This document shows, piece after piece, positions 14,001-25,780 of a stretch of DNA of 64,000 nucleotides. The DNA comes from Auanema rhodensis (taxonomy: Eukaryota > Animalia > Nematoda): assembly GCA_964057225.1 (NCBI GenBank), contig OZ059894.1, positions 7,998,001 to 8,062,000 on the forward strand, given 5' to 3'. The position numbers were made by a program, and so were the translations under genes. Positions within the stretch are counted from its first letter, which is position 1, and the number at the start of each line of letters is the position of its first letter. The notes under the pieces are model-generated. The model saw only the letters and a list, made by a program, of their open reading frames with translations, was not told where the DNA came from and ran no database searches.

Positions 14001-15603
14001 TATGAATTGTGGTTAAAAATCTCGAGATAACAGATACTCTAAAAGGTAGCTTACCTCTCATATTGCCAAATTATTGCCGAAAGTCTTACAACTGCTTCAA
14101 CATAAGAATTATTCCGTCCATTTTGCGAATCAATATCAGTTCCCATAGCTGTTTCTGAAACCTTCCTTCTCTATAGTTTGCTCATTCTCTCTCGTTTTTT
14201 TCAATTCTTTTTGAAATGTCAATTTCAACGAAAAGAGCAGAACGAGGAAGTACCCACCGCAAATGATGTCCAAGGCACATCGTTTAATGAATGGAAAAGC
14301 ATCAAAAAAATTTTCCTCTCTAGCTTCTTTGGATAAAACTTGAATAAAAATCTAAAAATTATCTTTTTAAAGTAATATCTAATAAGTTTTAAATTTATTT
14401 GCCATGTTTAAAATACGATTAGTGACAAAAAAAACTTTTTTCATCCAATTTTTCAATTTCTCAGGTTTTCTAAACATTAGAAGTCACGTATTTTCATTTA
14501 TTCACCTTTTTTAAATTCATCATATTTACGATTTAAAACTTATATATGGTTGATAACGTATTTATCTAATTTTTTTGATAATCTTGTCTTCATTTCTGTT
14601 TAAAAATAATTATTTTAAACAATCTATTCTCTTATCTTGATCACAACAAAGCATTTAAACACAAAAAGCAGTATCTATTTAGTGCTTCTTTCATCTCATT
14701 CTCGAATAGCTCTTTAAACACTTTTTTTTCTTTTTTTTTATATGTTCACTCATGTTTCACTCGTTACAACGTTAACTATAACTATAATGTTCACATGACT
14801 TACCTCAGCCTTTCGACTGAAAATATCCTGGTAACCTTGAAGAATATTGAAGTGGAATGCCGGAGTTAATAGTTTCCGACGCACAAACCACTTTTCATTC
14901 GTACTGTAATTTGCAGAATTCAAAATGGAACGATGGTCAATTGTGCTGTTTAGACATTGTAAACAACAATTCTTTTCAGAAGTTTCATTCTTTTTTACCA
15001 GAAATCATTCAAATTTTGTTTGAAGTCTGTATAATACACTTACTCTTCTTACCTTGTCAATAGTCCTGTTCCAATCCACTCCGATAATTTTCGATATTGG
15101 CCAGGTTTCGATATATTTGCATTACTCTCAAGAATTGCCTTAAACAGAATTACATTCAAACAACTCCGATTCTTTTCTTGTTTCTAAAGAAATTTACCCT
15201 GGCTGATTCTTTTGCAGCGGCAAATACAAGAGGAATTGGTCCAACCCATGCAAGTATTAGTCCTTTACTCTAAAAAGCCATTACAATCTATGATTGTGAA
15301 AATGAAATAAAAGTAAACTTTATCTAATTCTGCTAGATAGATACGAGCCCATTCTTCTAATTGAATTGCAAATGCTAAAACAAAAAACTGTGTTTTGTGA
15401 ATTATCTTCAACAACACTATACCTTCGCTATCCCATTTGAATAGATAAGCTGAGCCTATCAGTGGTAGAGCCGGTGGTCCAGGTATTTTGCGTAAATTTG
15501 TTAACGATACATAACAAATACGTATATAATTTAGAATAATTTCATAAAAATTCCATATAAAACATATTAGAAAGCTCAGAAATAGTATGAATCCAATAGA
15601 CAT
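11057..15603 (-). CDS. Cytochrome P450, CYP4 clan
   Basis: N-terminal anchor plus [11 protein letters not shown]; [14 protein letters not shown]; I-helix [14 protein letters not shown]; ExxR in KESLR; FYPEHF; heme motif [10 protein letters not shown]. Confidence 0.95.
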
Positions 15604-16371
15604 GCTATATATTATGACTGAAAAATTAAGAGCAATTTTCAATACAAAAATGGTTACATCTCATTTCATCTTCTATGAGACAGGCACGTTGGCAAAAAAA
15701 GTTATAAAATCACATAATCGAGGTTGTCCTCTAATCCTCTTCATATTCATCCGGTATTTATTGGCTAAAGATCATTGTAAAGACTCAACTAACTACCGAT
15801 AGAGACTCAATTTCTCAAATTGATGTTTCCATTATTTCGATACTTCTAGAGAGGCATAGCATCTTTCAAATGCTAAACTAAATTAGTAAACGTTCTTGTA
15901 TTTTTATTTTTTCTGTTCCAAATTAGGAAAATATTCTTTTTGGTCAAACAAACTACAGAAAACAAAAAACTACAGTCTTTTTCTAATAAATATTATAATG
16001 TTTTTTGAATATTTCTAATAGGAATTCGAAAAATGAAATATTCTTAAGGTCAAAATACATAAAGATGATCATTTTTGAGCATTTTCGCAACCGGAAATGA
16101 ATGTTTATTATAAATTTTTATAAATAATGTTTCGAAACCAAAAAAAACAACTTGGATACGATATAAATGTTTAGCAAAAAAGTTAGTTATCTCTTGTGTC
16201 TTGTTGAATGAATGGTATGGGCAGGCTCGATGGATGGTTGGACTCGTTTATTCCTTTTATTTTTTTTCCTAATAATTATTGCTTATTATACATAACAATT
16301 ATATTTATCTAGTTTGTTGTCGTTTATATTATGTTGTTTATGTTTCTTTAAACTTTATATTTAAGATAATT

Positions 16372-16990
16372 ATGTCTATGTCTAACGCTGAAGCTGCTAA
16401 GCATATCAAGGAATCCTTGAAGCTTGTCAAGATTGCTGGAGATCAAGGAACCCGCAATGGAAAAGACTTCTACAAGTTGTAAGTTTTTTTATCAAATAAC
16501 TCAATCATAAGTGAAATATAATTTCAGCTTCTTCACCAACTTCCCAGATCTCCGAAAATACTTCAAGGGAGCCGAAAACTTCGGAGCTGAAGAAATTGAG
16601 AAGAGTGAGAGGTATTAAGATCATTTTTGCAAATTTAAACTATTAATCTATGATTAAGATTTGAGAAGCAAGGACAACGTCTTCTCTTAGCCATGCACAT
16701 CCTCGCCAACACCTTCGAGGAGGAAGACGTCTTCCGTGCTTATGCCCGTGAAACTGTTAACCGTCACCGTCAATACAAGATGGATCCCTCTCTTTGGGCT
16801 GTCAGTTGTTTGCATATATTTTCAAGTTGTTATATATCGTTTTAAGGCTTTCTTCACCGTTTATGTTGCTTTCTTGGGATCCAAGGGAGAATTGAACGAT
16901 GATCAGAAGGATGCCTGGAAGCAGTGTGGAAAAGTCTTTGACGACGAATGCCAAATTCACCTCAAGAGCCTTGGACTTCCATGTGTTTAA
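16372..16990 (+). CDS. glb-1: Nematode globin, 4 exons
   Basis: NGKDFYKFFFTNFPDLRKYFKGAE, KSERFEKQGQRLLLA, RETVNRHRQYKMDPSLW, HLKSLGLPCV*; B10 Tyr, E7 Gln and F8 His present. Confidence 0.92.
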
Positions 16991-17547
16991 AATCAAAAAT
17001 TTATAAATCTGCTTTGCTTTTTTGAAAAATATCCCAACTGCTGTATACTATTCTTGAATAAATCTTATCTTTTACCTGTTTTCATTATATCTAATATGTT
17101 CCACACAAGCTGGGAACAGTTTATGTGAAGTTCATTGAGCAATAATTTCAAAACATTTTCCTAAAAATGAAGGAGCAAGAGCAGAATTCGGTAATGAACT
17201 ATAGTATTTCAAACTTAAACGAAGTTGGTTGTCATTTTTTCAGCAACATTTCAGTCATATTAAAGAAGTAAAGCATCACTTCTTCATCTTTTCATCAAGA
17301 TCATGTCGTATTGTGTTTAATGCTGATGCCAGGATGGTGTCAAAGTCGTTTTGTGCATTTATAAGAAAGATGCATCCTGTATTCTATGCATATTTGATAA
17401 GTACCATCATACGATCATCTAACAATCTTCTTTTAGTCTTCTTATTTCCTTTTTCAGTATTCCCTACTATTAGGTTGTTGGCCAAGCTTTTTGGTGTTAA
17501 ACTTACTTCCAAAAAAATATTTTTCCACTGTTTTCATCAAGAAAAGT

Positions 17548-20500
17548 ATGATTTGGCTCATTTTTCTTTTTGTTGGTTTAACACACACCCGAGATGAGCC
17601 ATTATTTGTGAAAAGTAAGCACTTTTATATCTTTATTTTGGAAGAACAAAACCTTTTTAAGATCCAGAAGATATTTGTGAAGATACTGTTGATCCAGGTC
17701 CATGCCAATATTATTCGGTATTTGTTTTAAATTTATTTATATTACATATTATGCTTATTAAGGTTCGATGGTTTTGGGATAAGCAGGATGAAACATGTAA
17801 AGAATTCCATTATGGTGGATGTATGGGAAATAAAAATAATTTTAAAACGAAACAACAATGCGTTAAACAATGCCAATACAAGTTGTTTAATCCCGTAGCT
17901 GTACCAGGTAGATACTAGCCTGCTCTACAATCAAACTCATTTTTCTGTTGTAGATTTGTGTTTACTCGAAGTAAATCAAGGTCATTGTGGAGATGAACGT
18001 ACAGGACAGTGGTGGTGGTTTTTTAATTCCGATTCTGGGGAATGTGAAAAGGTTTATACATCGGCTTCAAATTAAAAATAATCTCACGTTACCGTTCATA
18101 CAACGCACCTTATTCACGTGACTCTCACGTGACACTTACGTGAAACATGCTATTTAGCTATTTTTTCTTCACATCCGGTTATATCCGCTGTTTTCAGATC
18201 TTTTTTTTTTCAAATTAATAATTTTAAAATTGAAATTATTTCAGTTCTTCTATTACGGTTGTGGAGGAAATGACAATAAATTCTATAGCTTACATATGTG
18301 TCGGAAAGTATGTGCGGAACGATTGTCTCCACAAATAGGTAATTATAATTTTTTTTTCATGTTTTGGGGCTGCTTATCACCTTACCACCTTCAAATTTAG
18401 CTTGTGATACATGCGATCTCCGTACCTCATTCTGTAAATCTCATACAAAGTACAATTATTCCTGCGAATGCCGAGTAGGATATGAAAAAAATCAGTATGG
18501 CGAATGCATTGGTAAGAAATTTGCATTTTTAAGAATTTAACGAAAAAACAATTCTTTTTCACTTTTTTTCAGATATCGATGAATGCCGTGGTTATAAGGC
18601 TGTTTGTGATAAAAATGCTTGGTGTACTAATACAGTTGGCTCATTTTCATGTGAATGCATGGCATCGTATAGAGGAGATGGCAAATATTGTACTTATGTT
18701 GGATTAGGTGAGTATTTAAAGCGAATGAATCTTTTTGATGCTTCTAAACTTTGAAGATTATTTGATATTCAAACTTTAATAAATCTGTAATTTTATGTTA
18801 AATTAAGGTCGATCATCTATTGATTGCAAAGATTGCTCACCGGATGCCAGCTGTGACAATGGAGTTTGCAAATGCAAAGAAGGATTCCAAGGAGATGGGT
18901 TCAATTGTACAGGTTAGAATATATTATTATTTTTTTTATTCAAAAGAAAAATTACAAAAAGAGGAGTGAGATGTTTAAATAAGATCATTTGTAAGACTAA
19001 AAAACTTTTTTCGCCCCTCTTCAAGTTTTCCAAACAAATAAAAAGCAAAACTTCAAATGAAAAATAATCAAAACTTTATCGAACTATTGAAAATGTTTAT
19101 CATTGAATTCATTTTCTCGTCTATTGTGTGATCGGGGTTGTGTTGTTTGAGTTATTTAGACATTGTCTTCAATGCGTTCTGTCCCGCCCCTAGGGAAGTT
19201 TCAAGCCATACATATATTTCAAATAAAAATCGAGATAACGTTCGGCTTTGCTAGCGTTTTCACAAGAAATACTTCTTTAGAAAATCTGGGAGGCACTTCG
19301 AATTCTTTCATTTATCGGTTCTGATCGTAGAAACAAGACAACAAGCTTACATATGTATATGTTTATGAAAATCAGTTGTTTTCCATGTTTGCAACATGTT
19401 TCAAAAACTTAAGTAAACACTGAAGAATAGATATGAAGGAAAGCAAGGAAAAGTTTAAATCTTAGACAGTTTTCGGATAAAAGCAACAACAAACAACAAA
19501 GAGAATGATGTAATAAGGAGAGACAATTTGAAGTATTTCATGGGATAAACAAAAAATTGAAACATTTTGATCCATTGGGAATAATGTTGTTATATGTTTC
19601 TTACAATGATGATGAGCTAGCAATAGAAGAAAAAGAAGAAAAAGGAAAAATTCTGCTCTAGTGACAATGGGTTGCAAAGAACAGAAAATAGAAGAAATAT
19701 TCTTCCATATGAACTTAACTATTTAAAACAAGCTGAAGTTTAACCATAATGCATTCAAAATTATGGATTTAGATGTGAATGAATGCATGAAACAACCCTA
19801 TGTCTGTGATAAAAATGCCGAATGTATTAATCGAAATGGAACTTTCATATGTACATGCTTAGCTGGCTATGCTGGTAATGGTTATGCTGGAAACTGTACT
19901 CAGAGCAAAAGTATGTAATTCATTTCATATATCAATTGAAATATTATTGCTGAAAACAAAAAATAATTGATTTAGATTCATGTTTGGATAAATTTAACCG
20001 AGGATATCAAGAGACTTGTAGTCGGGAAAATTGGAGACCACACTACTACTTAGATCATCAAACTCGCATGTAATTAGATATTCTACGTGAACAAGTCTCA
20101 AAGTTTTAATGTTCAAGGTGTCAGCAGTTTTGGTATGATGGATGTCCCGGTACATCACGAAATATCTTCTCGGAGATAGAAACATGTGAAACAATGTGTG
20201 AAGAAACTAATGTTCTAACTCGTGCTGGTCAGTCAGTTCACTATATATTTTGCTTGTCACAGCGTTCCCTCAATTTTAATTTTCAATATGGCATATAATT
20301 TTGCACATTATTCTTGCTTTCATGTCTGAATAGACTTTTTGCGAAAAAAAACTTTAATTGGACTATTTTCTTTATGTTGTGTACGAGCTGCAAGCACGAA
20401 CTTTTTACATTTGAGCACATTGAAGCTCCGCGCTTCTTTTTTATGATTTTCATATATATTCGGTTGTTTCAATTCTCTTCGCATGTGAATCTTTTGGCAC

Positions 20501-21160
20501 AAATTTCATAATCTTTGAATTTTCGTGATCTTTGAAGCATTGGCTATTGGACGTCAAACTACTGACCAAAATCTTGAAAGAAACACATTACCTTGTATGG
20601 TCTTTGTATTGAAAATGTCCAACAGCTTTCTCTTCTTCTATTTTCTCGCACTCATTGTTATCTCTTTCTCTCTCCATTTCCCGCTTATGCTCCCCGACTT
20701 CCTAGCGTCTCACCCTTTCTATCTACTTACATTTGGCCATTATGTCATTCAGAATGTTGGACAAGACGAAATTCTCTATGAGACTAACTACTAGCTGACA
20801 CCATTCCAGCTTATTCTTGACTTTTCCTCTTTAAAGTCATAAAGTCTTTAAATTGCCTTACAAAGTATGGCCATCATGTCTTGTTTTGATGTGATTTTTA
20901 ATATCTTATCTACTAAATCCGTCTTCCAGATCATTTTTTCTTTTCGTTTCCCGACCATTAATATCCTTTTCCTAAATTCTAGTACGATGATTTATTTTAT
21001 AAGTTTTTGAATTGTCTATGTTTTCTTTTGTGGAAAAAAATTCACAAACTCACTTTATAAAACTTATACTATTTCGTAGAAAAATACACTTTCAAATCAA
21101 AAATATTATCAGCTTCTTACTTCCTGCTTTTTCATTTTTCATACCCTTCCCTTCCGGATT

Positions 21161-21218
<58 letters not shown>

Positions 21219-24200
21219 CATATATTATCAGTTTCTGGTAATTGTATACCACCCTCGCTTCAGTTATTATTTAGATTGATGTATATGTATGTATAGTATT
21301 CACTTCTTATCCTATTTTGCTATTGAATCTCAGCCACGGACGACGACAATCAGCAGTACTTGTAATCTAATCATGACTCATCTTTCATCTCTCATATGCT
21401 TTTCAGTTATATACAGCCTGTCAACTTCTGCTTTATCGTTTTTACTCCCCCTCTCTCTCTCGTTCTCTGCCAAACTCTTTCTCTATCATGTTTTATATCC
21501 TCACAATTCTCAGATTCTTCTTTCCGATTTGTAGCTTCATCCGTCGTCGCTTTTCCTTATTTGCTTCTGTGTCATGACTTTCTCCGCCTTCTCGCCCGAT
21601 GACCTCCCTGGAGACGTGGCCCTCAATCAATGCCAAACTTCGGTCGTTTAATCGCGACACAGACGACAACGACGACACAGAGAAACCTCAAGCATTTCTC
21701 TCATAGTCTTCACCAGATATCTTCTGAATCCACCCTCAACTCCCATGGCTTTTGTCGTGTTCTCCCGATCACACAACTACACTACGGCACGGGTGCACTT
21801 TCATTGGTCTATCAACACTCATCTGACTCTATTCCGTTATAATTAGTGTATTCAAGCTCTACAACCATTGTCTCTGTCACTACCAGATTTTCATTCAATT
21901 TTCTTATCATAATAATCTTTTTTTTTCTTTTTCTCATAACACTGTATGATTTTTGTAAACTAATTGTACTTATTTCATCAGACTAACATAAACAACACAA
22001 GATCTGAGTCGATTAGTTTACTCAATTTCACGATTAGCACGGTCATTGACCGTTAATCATTAATACACAGCTTCTTCCTTCAAAGCTATAGCACACTCAG
22101 CAACACCTTCGGCAATTATCTCACGACGGCGTCTTTTTCTGTGGTGCCGGAAGTCGAAGCCATTGTTCCCGCTCGACTTCCGGATAGTCTACCTTCTCTC
22201 CAATCTGTTACTTATCAGCTCTCGTTCAGAAGTCTGTTGGGACAAGTTTGATCTGAACTATCGAAATCAGTGTCTGAACGGTATGTTTTTAAACAAATTC
22301 TTTGAATATACTACTACATTTGGAACAACATGTGACTTTAGAATAACTATAATTGTCATTATTTTCATTATTTTCTCAATTGTTTAAACAAAATAAATTA
22401 TTTTTAGGTCAATGGGAACAACGTTATTACTTCGACCATGCTTCTCTTACATGTCGACAATTTTGGTTTGAAATCAAAAATTTTTTTGTTCATTTCTTCC
22501 TCTTCTCTAGGTATGATGGATGCAGATCAGATAGCCGTAACATGTTCGAAGATGTTCTGACTTGTCAATGGTTATGTGAAGCTCAGCCAATGTATAAATC
22601 CAGTCAGTTGTATTCATTTTCTATTTTTCATCATAATTCCAAGACCACTTTTTGTGAAAAAAAAAAAACTTTCTCTTGTTGTGCAAATGCTTGAATGTTG
22701 CTCGTAAATAAAGACAAAAAAAGAGTTTTTGGATGAAAAAAAATAATTTACGCTTGATCTTTTTGCTACGTCGACTCATTTATCACAAAGGGCATTTTGA
22801 TCGATGTGTGCATGATGAACAGCCCCCAAAAGGCAGACAAAAACTTGCTTTTTTCTCTATTTGTTTCCCATAATTTGTTGATAAAGTTTATATTTATGTT
22901 AATAAAGATTAATATTTTCATAATAAATTTAATTTTTTTAATTTATAGGAGCTTGCTTAGAGGATTTTGATCAAAATCTCAAAAATATGTGCAATGGTGG
23001 ACGATGGCGTCAACAATGGTATTTCGATAAGAACATCAAGGTAATTTTAACCATTTTCGCTAATTATTTAAATTTTAAAATAATATATTAACTGTTTTTT
23101 TTAATTTTCAAATAAATTATATTATTATTTAATAGAGATGTCAAACATTTTGGTATGATGGTTGTAAAGGACAGAATGAGAACATTTTCCAAGATGAACA
23201 GTCATGCCTTCTAACATGTGAAAATCCAGCTAAGAAAGATCGTGAGTTCTATTCATTCCTTGTCTATCTCACTTTTTCTGTAAATTTTAAATTTTTCAAT
23301 GAAAAAACTATTTTTAGCTCGCAAGCCCTGGCATAACAATGACAAGCATAAAATGAAAGAAGCATTGGGAGAAGTTTTCAGTAAGAATCAAACATCATAC
23401 TAGTTTCAGCCAGTTTATCATCAATTATTTTAGAACCAAATGCTACTGATGACATTTGTGAAGAAGATAATCCATGTGAGAATGATGGTACATGCATATG
23501 GGTTTGGAAGAAGAGCACCCATTACTGTAAATGTAAGGCTGGTTTTACTGGTACAAATTGTGAAAAGAAAATAGGTAATACACTTTCAAATATATTTTTT
23601 GTATTTTATTTTCTAAAATTTTAGATTTTGATCCTTGTGCTTCTGGACCATGTAAGAATGGTGCTACCTGTCAGATCAAAACAGATAAGAAGAAACCAAC
23701 CTATGAATGTTTCTGTGCTACTGGTTTTGGAGGACCAACTTGTGATCAAAGTATATTGAATCTTTTAAATTTCTTTTTTCATTTTTTTTTATTCAGAACC
23801 GTGTGATGTGAATCCTTGTTTGAACAATGGAACATGTCGAACAACAAGTGGATATAGTACTTACTTCTGTGATTGTCGAGATGGTTTTGGAGGAAAAAAT
23901 TGTGATATTGGTATGGTTTATAACAACTAACTTAAGGTAAATCTGTAATTTTCAGCTATTGGCTCTAATCCTCCTGCCGAAAAATATGGATCTAAGGTAA
24001 TTACATCACCTGCCTGTTCCATTTTTCTTCAAAATTTAATTATAATCCCTACACAACTTATTATAACAAAATGTTCAGGTTGAACTTTTATCAAGTGGTA
24101 AAGAAGAGTGGGTTCAGCAGATGAAGCAGCGACTTGGTACCCAGAAAAAAACTACAACGAACACAGCTTCTGCTGCTGCTGCTGTTGCTGACGAACCATA

Positions 24201-24487
24201 TAAAGGTTAGTAAACCTCTGAATCATTAGGTGTGACCACACTAATAAACTAATTCTTTAGATCCAGCCACGAAGAAACGTGAACGAGAAGAACGAGAAAA
24301 GAAGCAAGCTGAAGAAAAGGAAAAGGAAGAAACTGAGATGAAAGAGAGAGCAGCAATCGAAGAGCAACGCAAGATGGATGAAGCTCTGGAGCGCGAACGT
24401 CAGTTCAACATGACCATGGCTAAACGAAATTCTGGAAAACTGATAATTTCAGTTTTCAGTATTTTCTTTTCATTATTATTCGTCTAA
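17548..24487 (+). CDS. mec-9: MEC-9-like extracellular matrix protein (signal peptide, 5 Kunitz-type domains, two EGF clusters, Glu-rich coiled coil, hydrophobic tail)
   Basis: MIWLIFLFVG signal; Kunitz FHYGGCMGNKNNF, FFYYGCGGNDNKF and three FWYDGC variants; Ca-EGF DIDEC and DVNEC; EREEREKKQAEEKEKEE region. Domain order matches MEC-9. Confidence 0.9.
21161..21215. repeat. (CT)n microsatellite in mec-9 intron
   Basis: About 27 near-perfect CT units. Confidence 0.97.
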
Positions 24488-24535
24488 ATACCGTTTCCGT
24501 TTTGTTATCATTTCACCAACCTTTTCATTCATTTA

Positions 24536-24537
<2 letters not shown>

Positions 24538-24594
<57 letters not shown>
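24538..24594. repeat. (GA)n microsatellite about 50 nt after the mec-9 stop
   Basis: About 28 perfect AG units. Confidence 0.97.
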
Positions 24595-24599
<5 letters not shown>

Positions 24600-25644
24600 G
24601 TGTTTTCTCCATCAAAAGTGAAAAATCAGAGATAACTAACTACCTGGTTGGCTTCTATGTCAATCATAAGCATTTAGGCAAAAAACAATAAAAATTATAG
24701 TTTGTAGATACTTATATTAGCCATATTTTCTATTATGATGAAATTTTAATTTCATTTCTTGCTAACTCTTTTTTTTTTTTGAAAATTGTATGACTTGTGC
24801 ATGATTTTCATTGATACGTCAAAAGCAAAATATGATTCATAGTTGACTAATATTTTAAAAATCTATTGTTCTCAATTCACTATTATTGACCAACACAAAT
24901 TTAAACCATAGCTTGAAATTCATCAGATTCATAGCCTTAGGAGTTTTTTTTCATATTTCGTCTTCTTTTTCTTTGAATCAGTATTCCATACAGGTATCTA
25001 TATTTTATGGTACATATTATTTACATTATATTTTTTAAAAATATTCTTCTTCTTCTCTTATTTAAGCAAAAAAAAATATGAAAAAATGAATATAATACAA
25101 CAATATTTTGAATAGCACGCAGGAGATTGTTTTGCTTTTACTCGTAATGAATAACTTTGATTAATATAATAAAGTCTTAATCTAATTATCTACATTATTG
25201 AATAATTAAATAATAATTATAAACTGAAATTATATTTAATTTTATTATTAAAATGAAAATTTAATTAAAAAAAATAATTTTTAAAATGAGTCAAATGGTG
25301 TAACATAGAATATGCTAATATTTTTTCAAATTATTACAACACTTGAGTCATTCTAAAAATTATTTTATTTTTTAATTGGATTGCTTTAATTGCTATTAAA
25401 ATAATTTATAATGAAATTTATAAATATTTCAGCTAATATTTGCTTTTAAATAAATTATTTTATATGTTAAATCTTATTTTACAATGTTTAATGAACACTC
25501 ACTTTCTTATGTTTCAAAACTATTATCATATCTGTTTTATGAATTAAAGACAAAACCCAAAATAATATTTCTTAAAGAACGATCAGAGAACGCTGAAAGA
25601 AGCTTCTGAAGCTGCTGGTTTTCCTTTGGGCCAGATTGTCCAGA

Positions 25645-25780
25645 ATACTTTGATTGGCCAGTACGCATCAATGTACTCTGACCTAAGACCAATCACGCCA
25701 TCCAATCTGCAGATTCGGAATATCTGCCAACAGGGATGGTCTTGTTTTTCCTAACAAAGACTCTATGTATATATAAATGT
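25645..25780 (+). promoter_or_regulatory. Candidate pmt-2 promoter with CCAAT boxes, SRE-like site and TATA
   Basis: GC-richer island in very AT-rich DNA: ATTGG 25653, CCAAT 25689 and 25702, ATCACGCCAT 25692-25701, TATATATAAA near 25768. Confidence 0.4.
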
